Source: Rhynchobatus australiae (lineage: Eukaryota). From it: a stretch of DNA of 64,000 bases. The translations under genes were made by a program, and so were the position numbers. The DNA is taken from positions 27,467,021 to 27,531,020 of the forward strand of contig JAUZTB010000127.1 in NCBI GenBank assembly GCA_034780895.1, in the 5' to 3' direction. Below the pieces are notes generated by a model that saw nothing but the letters and a program-made list of their open reading frames with translations, made no database searches and had not been told where the DNA came from. Below are positions 1-11,855 of the stretch, one piece after another. Every line of letters begins with the position of its first letter. Position 1 is the first letter of the stretch.

Positions 1-1214
1 CTTTCTTTCAACAACAAAATAAAATCACACTATTTGTACGGAGTGCTGAAATCACATATTTATCAATTGTTTAGGTAACAACCACAGTTGTCTGCTGTTG
101 TTCAATTAAATCTGATTATCAGAGTCAAATACTAGAGCAGTATGACTGTAGTTGTTTATTAATGGGCCTCTGTAGGTAATGTACAAAATGGAACACAAGA
201 TATTCAGATTCATTTTGCTTTAATAAGGCAGCAGCAAGCAACTCAATACAAGTTTTTCTAATGTTGATAAAGACTTCCAAACAAAAACCTGTATTTAAAG
301 AAAAGCCTCACTGCAAGAAACAAAAGAAATGCTGATGCTGCACTTTTTACGTAGCGGTATTAAATACAGACCTCATGTTCCCCCATCCCTTCCCCTCCCA
401 AGCCATCTGCTGAATTCTATTAAAAACTATTGGGTTAAAATACACTGTTGGCTGGTTGGCAGTTCTGTATAGAACCACTGGCCAGATGTGGTACGCACTT
501 CAGCATGTCTGGACTTCTATGTAGGTACATCTGATTCCTTGTTTCATCATTGGACTGAACATTGAGTCTAGGTAAATTCCATAGCTTGATGAGCCAAGCG
601 GTTGAATAAACCAACTCCGGCCCCTCAGCTTTATACCAGCCATACCTGTTTGATGCCACCCTTCATTAAAAAGATATTTAAGTAAACTTGTATGATTTTC
701 CTTTATTTCACTGTATATCTATGTTTTTAATTAATCAACATTTTAAATAAATTTATTGCTTTTAAAAATAATGGTTTAAAGTTTTATTTAAACCAATTTC
801 AACAGTTTTTAAATTATTCACTCAAAAGTGCACTATTACACTTCAATGACTGCAGTTCAAAGCAATGTTTACTGTGAAATACTTGATTTTGTTAAAGGTA
901 CAACATAAATACAAGTTCTTTTTACAATAGGTATTTTCAAAATCAGACATCACTGAACAACAAAGCTGGAACGTCAGCCTGCATTTTTGAAGATATTGTT
1001 CTCTCCTCCCTGTATACATGTGTACTAATAAACAAACACAGACATACATATACACATAGCAATATAATGGCTATGCTGTTGAACCAATAATCCAGTGTGT
1101 GAGAGTTCAAATTCTTGCATACCATCCTGAGCAACTGTAATACACTTTAAAGAAATATGAGTGGTGGAGGCCGGGGGGGGGAGCTGATTATCTGGAAAAT
1201 TTTCTTATTAATAT

Positions 1215-1400
1215 CTAATGGAGTCTGCCTTCCCTACCCAGGGCTGGTCTAAATGTGACTACAGTCCCACACCATCGACTCTTAACTTCCCTCTGAGTTG
1301 ACCTAGGCAAGTCACTCAATTGTACCAAAGCTCAGGCCATCAAGGGATGGGCAATAAATACTGCCTTTGTTAATAATGCCTGCACCTCAAGAATAATTAA
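1215..1400 (+). mobile_element. Decayed SINE remnant sharing its 3' tail with the LINE family at 18265-20560
   Basis: Core tctgccttccctacccagggctggtctaaatgtgact...ctcttaacttccctctga, followed by tail agggatgggcaataaatactgcc. Confidence 0.55.
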
Positions 1401-1464
1401 TTTGAAACTGAACTGCGATCCTGGCATTCAGTCACAGTAAAAGGCAGTGGTAGTCCCCACTCCA

Positions 1465-1815
1465 GGGTAGCACAATGGTGTAGTACTAGTGCTACTGCTG
1501 CACAGCTCCAGTGAGCCTGGTTCAATCTGCCCTCAGGTGCTGTCTGTGTGGAGTTTGTACATTCTCCCTGTGACTGCATAGGTTTTCCCCTGTGTGTTCT
1601 GGTTTCCTCCCACATCCTAAAGACATGCTGATAGGGTAACTGGCCACAGTAAATTGTCCCCAGAGTAGGCAGGTGGCAGGAAAACCAGGGAAGGCTGATG
1701 GGCACATGACAGAGAATAAGTTACAGGGAAGTAAATGGGAGTAATGGGAATGCTCCAGGAGCTGGCAATGACTTGATGGGCCAAATGGCCTCCTTCTATG
1801 TTATAAGGAAATATG
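1465..1815 (+). mobile_element. tRNA-derived V-SINE (HE1-like), near full length
   Basis: tRNA-like head with A box (tggtgtagtac) and B box (ggttcaatct); V-domain tgtctgtgtggagtttgtacattctccctgtgactgc...ggtttcctcccacatcctaaagac; CR1-type tail gatgggccaaatggcctccttct. Confidence 0.85.
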
Positions 1816-2559
1816 ACAACACAGAACTATCATAACCATACCTGCATGACCAGACATGATTGGTTCAGGCCCATCCACCATCAGCTCCTGGGAGGAAGTC
1901 ACTATTCCCAAGCTCACTTGGTGCATTCTAACACACTAAAAATCTCACTGTACAAACTATCTGAAAAACAATACCTTGATCAACAGTGGGCATTCTATAT
2001 TCGGGCTAGCATTAAAGAAGTGTGTGTGACCTTGTAGGTGGAAAGCAGAGCTAACTGTCAGAAGTAGAACAACTAAAAATACAAATACCACTTTAGCTTA
2101 ACTCCAAAGATTTAATTTTCCATTTACAGTTTTCTCTTAAAATAGAGCTGCAGTGCAATTGGAGACTTCCCATACCTCACAAACAATATAAATTAAGTCT
2201 GGCAAGTTAAGTGTACCAGTGTCAATTGCTTAGGACCAAAAATAAAAATGTTTTTAAAATGTACTTGTGCAACCATTTCTCTAAGGAGAGTAACCTTTGG
2301 CAAAACTCTGCTAGTTGTTCCCTTGCAGATATTCTGCAGACAGTTCTGAGTATGACAGAACTGAAAGGAATTCAGTCTCTAATGAGGAAGGAACTTCTTA
2401 AGCTTGGTTAACATCTTGAAATAGTGAAGTGTTTATCAACAAAAGGCTGGGGCGAGTTATAAAATGAGAAAACGGCAGAATAACAGCTGGCCAAAGACAT
2501 TTTGTCCTCAACTTTCTATCAACATCCTTGTGGTTTTTATACACCTTCATAAAGGGAAC

Positions 2560-2872
2560 TGGACTGGGATCTGGCTGGGGCAAAAGATCAGGCCTCATAA
2601 AGGGTGGGTGGTTCAGCAATCACGTATGCATTATCAATGTGGTCTCCTGAACTGGTTTCAATTGCCTGAGGAGATCAGAGAGGAATTTGCCAGATTCCCC
2701 GCCCTCCCCCATTCCTCATTCCAACCCAGGATTTATCTTTCTGTTTTTCATCACTGTCATGGGACTACTTGACTGTGGGGGAAGGGAGGTGTAGGAAGCG
2801 TCTGGTCATGTTGCCCAAGGCATCATTGGTGCAGGGCGAACGATGAACCAGCTGGTGTTTTCCAGCCTATCA
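2560..2872 (+). mobile_element. CR1-like LINE 3' UTR fragment
   Basis: ggtctcctgaactggtttcaattgcctgaggagatcagagaggaattt and terminal gatgaaccagctggtgttttcc resemble chondrichthyan CR1 3' ends. Confidence 0.5.
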
Positions 2873-2959
2873 ATAATATTTATATATATACATAATATGT
2901 GGCAAATTCCAAGCGTTCTTCCCTCGCCTCCACTGCCCAATTCCATCAACCCGCTACCT

Positions 2960-4000
2960 TGCCTTATTGTAGAGCTCTAAGTCATCACTGAAGCTTACAA
3001 GAGGTTGGACCTTACATTAAATGTCTGGAAGACAAAGGTCTTCTACTATCCTATCCCCATCACACATCACTGTCCCCCACTCCCAACAATCAAAATCCAT
3101 GACGAGACCCTGGAAAAACTTGGATCACTTTTTATAACCTAGGAGTGGCCTCTCAGCAAAATGACAAAATTCACACCTCCTCGAGTGTGCCAGCATAGAC
3201 ATCAGTCAACTAAGGACAAGAGTGTTTAAAAGACAAGGCCCCAAAGTCAGCACTAGGCTCAAGGTCTACTGAACAGTGGTAATCATAGTCATACAGCATG
3301 GAAACAGGCCCTTTGGCCCAACTGGTCCATGCTGACCAAGATTCCCATCTAAGCTGGTCCCATTTCCTCATGTTTGGCCCATATCACTCTAAACCTTTCC
3401 TATCCATGTACCTGTCCAAGTAAATCCCTCCCTTTTGCAACTTACAGTAAGCACCTCAAAGCATGGTATATGCTGAAATAGCACCTATGCTGCCTCCATA
3501 AAATCCTCAAAATTCATTATAACAGGTGAACAAATGACAGGGACCTCTCCCAGGCCAACAACCCCAGTTTCAAGGCTCTGATCACACTGATCCAAACTTC
3601 AGTGGGTGAGGCCACATTGTCCATGTACCAGACTCCCAAAACAATTAACTCTACTCAAAACTCAACCCTGACATTAAGAGTTCCAGGTGGGCAAAGAAAA
3701 CACTGCAAGGACATCCTCAAAATCTCCATAAACAAATATAACATCCTACCTGACGCTTGGCAACCTTGGCTCAAAATGAAGAAAGAGTGTCTGGGGAGAC
3801 ACTGAGCACCTCAGGTCTACAGCAGGAGCACAAGGAGGTCAAGTGCAAGAAGTAGACTACAACATTCCTAACTACCCAGCCACCTACCCTATCAAGTACT
3901 TCTTGCCCTGTCTGTAGCACAGTCTGTGGATCCTACATAAGACTCATCTAAGAATCCACACTCATTCTTGGTCCCACAAGTACCAAGAAAAGGAAGCAAT
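2960..4000 (+). mobile_element. RTE-clade LINE, 5'-truncated and degenerate
   Basis: Broken translation EAYKRLDLTLNVWKTKV...PTIKIHDETLE...RVF...TRLKVY*TVV and RVPGGQRKHCKDILK is typical of the RTE RT C-terminus. Many stops and frameshifts. Confidence 0.8.
3283..3420 (-). mobile_element. Short CR1-type 3' tail inserted into the RTE element
   Basis: catagtcatacagcatggaaacaggccctttggcccaac...cctttcctatccatgtacctgtccaa is the reverse complement of a CR1 terminus and interrupts the RTE reading frame. Confidence 0.75.
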
Positions 4001-4084
4001 AACTCCATGTTCTCTGACTATCTTTTCTAATATCTTTTCTAAGTAGTTCTTCCTCATGTAATGTTTGTACTGTAAGTTTTGGCA

Positions 4085-4262
4085 CTGAGGGGGAAAAATA
4101 TTACAGTCAACCCCATCCCAGCCAGATGTCTACACTTTTGTACTCTTCACCAGGGGTTACTGATTTTATTTCCCTCTTTAAACCAATCTGCTGTGTCAAG
4201 CGTAATTTGCTAGCTGAGACCAGTCAATTCTGAATAAACCAGGAACTGACCCAGACATCTCC
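4085..4262 (-). mobile_element. Ancient tRNA-SINE remnant (AmnSINE2/UCON-like family, from memory)
   Basis: ccagatgtctacac...ccaggggttactg...gctgagaccagtcaattc. Related fragments at about 14220-14360 (-), 17470-17570 (-), 27500-27630 (+), 29505-29550 (+) and 32330-32640 (+). Confidence 0.4.
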
Positions 4263-4264
4263 AA

Positions 4265-4850
4265 ATCATAGAAACATACAGTGCAGGAGGTGATCCATCC
4301 TACCTTTCCTGTGTTAGGTCTTTGAAAGAGCTATCCAATTAGTCCCACTGCCCACTCTCATCCACTGACCTTCACATATTTCCATTCAAGTACTTATCTA
4401 ATTCCCCTTAGAACAATGCAATCTAATTTGCTTCTGCTGACCATTCAGGCAGTGTGTTCCAGATCAGAACAGCTCAACAAGTAAAAAATAGACTCCTTTC
4501 ACCAATCATTTTAAACTTGTGTTGGCAGGTCTTCCAGCAAGAAGAGAGCTTCTTCTTATCTACCTTTTAAAAACCCCATATAAGTTTTGAACACCTCTAT
4601 TAAATCTCCACCTGGTATTCTGTGTCCTCCAGTGAACGTTCCCAGCATCTCTAGTCTTTCCATGTAGCTGAAGACCCTGAGGCCTGGCACTATTTGAATA
4701 TATTTCCTTTGCAGCCTGTGAATGATATACTTCTCACACTGTGGTGCAAAGAAATAGACACAGCACTCCAGCTGAGGCCTAACCAGTTACTTGTGGATAC
4801 TATGCCTTTTTTTTACAAAACCCAGTGCCTGCAGATTTCTTGGTAATTTA
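4265..4850 (-). mobile_element. CR1 LINE 3' fragment
   Basis: Begins atcatagaaacatacagtgcaggagg...gaaagagctatccaattagtccc; includes aggcagtgtgttccagatca and cagcactccagctgaggcctaacc, the reverse complement of the CR1 ORF2 C-terminus. Confidence 0.8.
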
Positions 4851-5399
4851 ATACCCATTAACCAATGAAATGATCACATTGGAAATTATCTTGATCTAAT
4901 GAACTGTTTCCATTCTCCATCATTAATGCAGATGGAACAAATGAGCAACTGATTCACAGATACATGAGACTCAACCCCACAGATGGGGAGAGCTATGTGT
5001 TTGTATGTAATATCTAGGTGTTTAATACTGTTACCAAAACCACAAAACAAGCTTTTTATAAAGAGCAGCATTTAAGCTAGTTACCACAGTTATTGACGTA
5101 TATTCCTTGCCTAAGAAAATAAATACTCGGGGGTGGGTTGGAAGGAAGAAGAGAGCATTTCCTAATGGCTAATTTTTGCATAACTTCCTGTACAGAACCT
5201 GAGTAATGCCTTTCTGCAACTTCCTTTGCCACACCAAGTAATGTGCAGAAGCAAAATTAAAAACAGAAGATTGCTGGACAAACATAATATGCATGTGCTT
5301 ACACATTTATTAGTTCCAGTATTTCAATTGTAATAAGACTCAGGCAATCTTCCACAGGAGTCAGAACAAAATGGGGATGCTTTCAGCTCACTGGACATA

Positions 5400-6480
5400 G
5401 TTTGTATTCCCGGTGTCTATAAACCCCCATTTTCTATTGTCAGTCAGGGTAAAAATTGTGTGCTTAAATGCCTGGGATGAGATTGTGTACTCTCTGGTTG
5501 AAGAAGGAAAACACATCCAGATGCTTTGCTCCTTGTTGCTTTCCAATGATTTGTGCTGGGAATGAGGAGGTGAGGTCAGGGCTGAGCTGACTTTCCATGC
5601 TGACCATTCACTGTAGAGACTGAGCACATTGGTGAGACGTGAGAGGGCCACACTAAATGTGGTCCAACAGAAGTTGGTGCCTTTAGGAGAGGAATCAGTA
5701 TGCTTTGGTTTGCCAGTAGATTGGAGGGCTTGGTGAGGTTAGGAGAAGTTTGAGATCCGAAAAGCTGCGGAAGACCTTTGGTCACACCCTCACAGAACCA
5801 CTCTCTACAGATATCAAGGTCACGTGGCTTTCAACATCCTCACTACAGGATCACTCCAAGCAGCTATAGCAGATCTCGGCTGTGTCTCCAAACTTCCTGT
5901 TCTCAGCTGCTTCGGTGAGGTCATTTGGGCATTGCATCTGCTAAGAAATTATTTCATCTATTTTCATCTTAGTGAGGAACAGGCACTGGGATTGGCTAAC
6001 TTTGCCAGCTTCCCACAAGGGCAGGAAGACATTGAATGCACTCATGTCCCCCTAAGGGCTCCCAGTAAGAAGCCAGAACTCTTCACCAACAAGAAAGTTT
6101 CACACATTCTCAATGTACAAATGGCCGTGGATCATCAGAATTTCCTTGTGATGAAGACCATGTTCCTGGGAAGCACACATGACACCATGATCCTCATGGA
6201 AACTACATCACCAGTCACTTTCAGTGACCCACCCTCCCTAGAGGATGGATCGTCGGGGCAAGGGCTACCTTCTATTCCAGTGGCCCTGGCACCAATGCAC
6301 CAGCCACAGCAGCTGAGCCCTGCCACAAGTATAAATGCAGTGGTGGAAAACAACAGCGACGTCCTGAAGATGAAACTTGGTTGCCTGCATCAGTCCAGAT
6401 GCCCACTGCAGTACAAGCCAAGCAGAAAGGGAGACTTCATTGTCCTTTGCTGCACAATCTGGCAAACTAAAGACAGGAGG
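5400..6480 (+). pseudogene. Degenerate PIF/Harbinger (HARBI1-like DDE) transposase
   Basis: Motifs TGSLQA, FPQGQEDIECTHVPLRAP (consensus IDCTH), NKKVSHILNVQ (NRKGFHSINVQ), LGSTHD (PGSxHD) and VVENNSDVLKMKLGCL...LQYKP...IVLCC (VIERTIGLLKMRFRCL). The GWLLGDKGY motif is split over two other frames (GWIVG at 6243, KGYLLFQW at 6260). The listed ORF starts at GTG. Confidence 0.85.
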
Positions 6481-6828
6481 GAGAAGTACAAGGAGATCCT
6501 GAGTCTGGGGGACATGAGGTGGAGCCGGAAAAGTAGCAGAAGGATTGACCACCAGGAGGGGGGTCCTCACCCAGTACCATGGCATCAACTCTTATCTGAG
6601 CAGAAAGCATGTGGGCATGGCTGTAAGGAATTCCCTGAGAGAGAGATGCTTCTCCAATCATGCCCGTGAGCACAGACTACCATTCATCAGGTTGGGAAAT
6701 CCCAAGGACAGACAAAGATCCTTCACATCCTACTTGTCAAGTCCAACTCAACTGAATGTACCACATTGATGAATGAGCTCTCGCTGCAATCACTTTAATG
6801 GCTTGATGCAATATCTCTGTATTTCTTG

Positions 6829-6961
6829 GAGACACAAAAGAATGCAAATGCTGGAATCTGGAGCAACAAACAATCTGCTGGAGGAACTCAGTGGGTCAAG
6901 CAGTATCTGTGAGAAGAAAGGAATTGTTGACATTTCGGGTTGAAACCCTATATCAGGACTT
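6829..6961 (-). mobile_element. Short Penelope-like terminal-repeat insertion with an 11-bp target-site duplication
   Basis: tgcaaatgctggaatctggagcaacaaacaatctgctggaggaactcagtgggtcaagcagtatctgtg, flanked by TGTATTTCTTG at 6818-6828 and 6962-6972. Minus-strand hammerhead-like core. Confidence 0.7.
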
Positions 6962-9451
6962 TGTATTTCTTGATGAGTTGCACCTCACATAAATAAATCT
7001 GACCTCCAAGTGAAATAGTTGTGAGGAATTCCACTCTGCAGCTGTAAACAGTGGTGTTCAGATTGCCTTGACATACCTTATGAGAACATGAAATTTCTTT
7101 CTGCCTCACTCTAGTGTGCGGGGATTGGTGGACACAACTGCAGCCAATCCCCAGCTCACAGGCCCTCCTGGCATGTATCTTATTGACTGAGATTTATATA
7201 TGCCTTTGAATAAATGCAGGGACTCTATCTCTCTTCCCCATACAGCCTCTGACTCCTCCTGTTTCAGCCATAAATATATATTGCTGCTGTGTGGATTCCA
7301 TTGGGAGTGTGCCTTTAAGGACTGACTGCCTTCTCTAATTGCTGCGCATCATTCAAAACATGTACCAACATGAGCAAGCTCCCATCAGAAATCACATGGC
7401 TCCCATTTAGTACTTTTTCTTATGGACACAGACCACCCCAAACGTTTCACGCTGGATTTTGGCCAATTTCATGATGTTCTACAGAAGACCCGACGTAAAA
7501 TTAGAGTGAAATGCAACAATGCCACAATAATACATGCAAACTAATTTCAAGGTACAATTCTCTGCTGAGATAGTTCACGAGATCCCAATTCTGTACTCAG
7601 ATGGAGAAAATGCACAAGAGCATGAAGCGCCCATGTATCTAGGGCACTGTTCCTCACTCATCCTCCACCACAACAGCCATTATTAAGACCTCAAATAGAC
7701 TGCTTGCCTTCAGAACAACTTAAAAATGAAAGGCACATTATGCATGCATGCACCCTGGGGCCATGAATCTGAGTGTCCAGCTGCTCTACATCAGGTATAC
7801 ATGGCCTGGGCAGCCCACTCTCCACATCTGAACTGTAAATGGTAGGAATGTAAGATGGCAAAGATCTCTGTTTAGAAATGCTAGCTTAAACTGCGACTGC
7901 AACTCACGATACAGATGTTAAATTTTCAATGCTACTATATGAACATGGTTTATATCATCTTGTTTAATAACCACAGATCAAAAACTAAAAGTCCTTGTAA
8001 ATTTTCTCAATCCTAATTCCTTCATATGATCAATTGCTCATGGTTTGAATTAGTATCACAAACTATGCTTTTAAAAAAAAGGCTAGATTGAAATTGCTTT
8101 AATTAGTTTAAAATGAGGAACATTGAGAAACAGATGGTCTATATTTTCCTCTCCAATCCTTGCCAACACCAACAAGGAGGCAGAATTGGGATATATTGTT
8201 AAAAAAGACTGATAAAACCTTACAGACTTTTATCCGTGACCAATTATTAGTCCAACGACAATAGATAATGTTTAGATATAAAGAAAGAAGACCCTGTCTT
8301 TTGACAAATTACAAGCTCGGAATATGGGAGATTCTGACCTTTTACACAAATTTGGTAAAAAAAATATTTTATTTCAAAATCTGTACCGCACAACCTATTT
8401 CTTGTCACTAAGGTAAGCAGCATAGGAGATTGTCCTGCAATTTGGTTATATAAAGATCAGGTGTACATTCAGAGTATGTAACACAGCTCTGGCCATTGTC
8501 CACATTTTCCTTACAAACCAGTTTCAAGCCATAATGGCTATGTTACAAAGCTATTGACTAACGTATCGTATCAACAGTAATTCTCATACCTGTCATTTGA
8601 AGCTTTTTGATTACGTCGCAATCAATGTTGTGAAGCTCCACAATCTGGGCATCCCAACATCTCTTAATGCTCTGTTTTATGCCGTGCTAAGAGATACCCC
8701 AGCACCTGGTTAGGAACAATGAGCAAACACTGAACTGCTCCCAAGAGCCATATTCTGAGCAGTGTGAGAAAAGCAGAAATGCTTTGTTCATCTTGGCACA
8801 GCAACAAAGACAAAGAGATTCACCTGCAATTGTTACACTAACCAACAGATCCCATTAAACTAGTAGCCCCAATGGATCACAATATATTCATCACAATGTA
8901 TGAATGCTGAGCTAAAAATATTAGTTGCATGGATGTAGGTACTTTTTATATTTCTTTCTCATACATACTCTACATAACAAATGAATGCGATCATTTGTAT
9001 ATGAAAATATACCTTGGTGGCAGCTTTATACAAATCATTGCCATTAAAAAGGGGAGTGTATTTATTAAGCACTTTGGCGTGTTCATTGGGAACATCACAA
9101 AGTATTTCACACACAGCACATTATGTGGGCAGGAATTAGTCAACCAAACAGTCTAATCCAAACATATGCAAAAGGAACAGCACCAATGCATTTAAGATCA
9201 AATGAAATACACTCTGGCACAACAGGGCTGGTGTTAGTTAAATTCAGGTATGAACTCTGCCAGTACTAAAAGGCACAAATCTGGAAAAAAAAGAACAAGA
9301 TGTGCTTATTTAAATGCTTTCAAATGACTGCAGCCCAAAATGCCTAGTGAGAGAGAAGTGCCAGGATTACCTGTCCACTGGTAAAATGGGCATGGGTCTG
9401 GAATGCCTATCCACCACCCCTTTAGGTGTGTATCCAAAGGATCCCTTCTAA

Positions 9452-9545
9452 CTTGGAATTGGAATTGGTTTATTATTGTCACATGTACCAAGATGCAGCG
9501 AAAAGCCTATGTTTGCTTATCATCCAGACAGATCATTCCATACAT
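9452..9545 (-). mobile_element. Rex1/Babar-like LINE 3' tail
   Basis: ttggaattggaattggtttattattgtcacatgtaccaagatgcag: short-repeat tail and an AATAAA on the minus strand. Related to 19412-19645. Confidence 0.55.
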
Positions 9546-10789
9546 ATTCTCCCTTTAAAACTCCAGGCACTGACCCTAGTCTGGGTCCCATGGATGCAGT
9601 GCAACTAGAGTGACATATATTCAGGTCTTGTGAGTAAAACATCAATCTGGAAATTCTGACACAGAAATGCGGGTGCAACCAGCTGAACATGGCCAACAAC
9701 TTTGCAGAAAAGGACAATGTTGCCAAGCTGAAAGTAATTGGAAAAAATTAAGATTTCACGTTGCTTTTGAAGGTCGGGTTTTGAATTGGAACAGCTACCT
9801 AGCTCCTAACAACTTCAGCATCTGCAGTTAAGTTTAACTGGAAGCAGACACATTGCTGTTTGGAAATTCTTTTAAGGCCTTTTTTTTTCAGCTGAACCAC
9901 ATGACTGTCACAGGAAGCTGTTGGCCTCGAGGCTTGAGAAAGATGTGTTTTTCCCCCAAAAAAAACAAAGTCCAGATGTTTCTGGTTGGGCTAGCATTGT
10001 GCAAGGCAGCTGACCGCTGTTGGGAGGGCTGGACTCCTTCAAACGCAAGCCGGAAACGCAGGAACCAAAGTGGAAAATGCAGTACCACATTATTTCCAGA
10101 CAAACACTCATCGGATGTTGGCATTTTTATCACTTAAAAGCTTATTTTTTTGCAAATTCTTGGGAGTTGCTCTGAACTTCTATTATGAAATCAATACTTT
10201 CGCCTTTATTCATCACTGCAGCACAGCTCTCCAAGAACCAAAAGGGCTCTCCGTGGTTAATGAAAACCATATTTGTTCTGGGGCTAGTTCTCTCTTTCTT
10301 TGGCTCCCCCTGAGTGAAATTACAGTCTGCAATGGCCAGCATTGTATGGCACAAGGAGTCAGAAGCCGTTTATTCTATTTGAATGCCCGAAACAGCAGAA
10401 AACTCAGAACAATACAGGATTGATTTCAAAGCATTAATCTGGTTCTATTTATATTAATGCTGCAATTTTACATATACGTTAGCTAGCTTAAGAACTTGAA
10501 CATACCTGTCAAGTCTTACAGTTGCCTGTATTCCTATGGTTCATTTAAACTTTGCAGTCTAATAGTTGAAAAATCTTACAGTACGCCATCTCTGCTACCC
10601 ACATCCCACCCCGGGGTCAGGTGCTGCTGGGACCCTGAACCAGAGGCAGCTCCTGCTGACTTAACATCCCATGTTGAAACTGAACTATGGGAGTAATCAC
10701 AGAACCCACATGAGCCTGACCTGCTCACATCCAGCGCTACAGGAAACAGGTCTGGGCTCCAACTCCTGCTGCTGTACAGCACGAGAATG

Positions 10790-11160
10790 TGATAGGGAGG
10801 GGACAGGAGTGGAAAGAGGAGGGGAGGTGCAGGGAGTGACCAAGAGGGTATAAGGAGATGGTGTAGCAAGAGAAAGGAATAGGGGAGAAGAGGGGGACGA
10901 AGAAGGGTGGAGAGATTGAGGGGGAAGAGAGGGATCAGAGGTGAGGAAAAGATCAGAGGATGGAACGAGTAAAGGGCAGAGGGGTGGCGGAGGGAAGAGA
11001 GAGAGAGAGAAAGAGAAAGAGGAAGAGGGAGAGCAAGAGAAAAATGACTAAGAGCAATACCCAACACTTCTGCCCCACTCTCTCCTCCCTTCTTTTTATT
11101 TCCCCTCCCTCTGATTCATCCTCTTCCTATGCCCCCTCACTCTCTCCTTTCTTTTGCACT
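10790..11160. repeat. Low-complexity polypurine tract followed by a polypyrimidine tract
   Basis: GA-rich 10790-11045, then CT-rich 11067-11157. Confidence 0.8.
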
Positions 11161-11465
11161 ATACAAAGACATTGGTGTTTCACAATGCAATTAAAACTGT
11201 GATTAACTCATGATATTTTTGTAACCACACTAATAATTGCATTTTTTAAATTCACTCAACAGTCCAAATTATAGTTACTGTTAAAGATGTTGATAATATT
11301 ATGTTTACAATATGTTCTATGGCTAATAATGAACACACCAAGAGGTAAACCTTAATTTCCACACCTTTGAATTAATAAAAGTTTTGTATGTTTTGTATTT
11401 GTTTGTGTCATACTGAACAGTATTGTATTTTGAAATTTACTTTTTCAGTTACAGACAAATTTCTT

Positions 11466-11855
11466 TCTTTTTACAATTTTTTATTAATTCCACAAAAAAG
11501 AGTACATGCATCAAAGAGAGGATAAAAATACTACTGAATACATTGCATTAAATCATACTTGAGATCACAATACTCTAATTTAATAATCACATGTAATAGT
11601 TAGTTAATAAAGAAAAAATTGGAATAATTTTATTATTTAAAAAAAATCTACACCCACTACCAGAAACTGAAGCTGTTTGGTAAAAGAAAGGACAAGGAAA
11701 GACCCTTGAGACATAACAATATCAGCTAAAATCTGTACTTTAGTCACCAAATCAAAGATTTTGAAAATAATTCAAAAAAAGGTCCCCACAGGGTTTGAAA
11801 GTCTAAGTCAGATTCAAGAATTGAACAACGGATCTTCTCTAGATTCAGCTATGAC
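11466..11855 (-). mobile_element. L1-clade LINE 3' end, 5'-truncated, with a 10-bp TSD
   Basis: Minus strand encodes ...LNLEKIRCSI...DFQTLWGPFLNYFQNL*, then a 3'UTR and A-rich tail. CAAATTTCTT at 11456-11465 and 11856-11865. Confidence 0.75.

Noticed and set aside
1465-1545. tRNA gene
   Set aside because: The A/B boxes belong to a V-SINE head; there is no cloverleaf and the sequence continues into the SINE body.
5824-6669. Domesticated HARBI1 gene
   Set aside because: GTG start, catalytic D->E change and a frameshifted GDKGY motif; the open frame is a patchwork.
9571-9727. Minus-strand exon after the acceptor-like ttccaattactttcag
   Set aside because: No similarity to TNRC18 and only a weak donor; no supporting evidence.
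10576-11202. 163-aa and 80-aa ORFs
   Set aside because: Translations of GA/CT low-complexity tracts.
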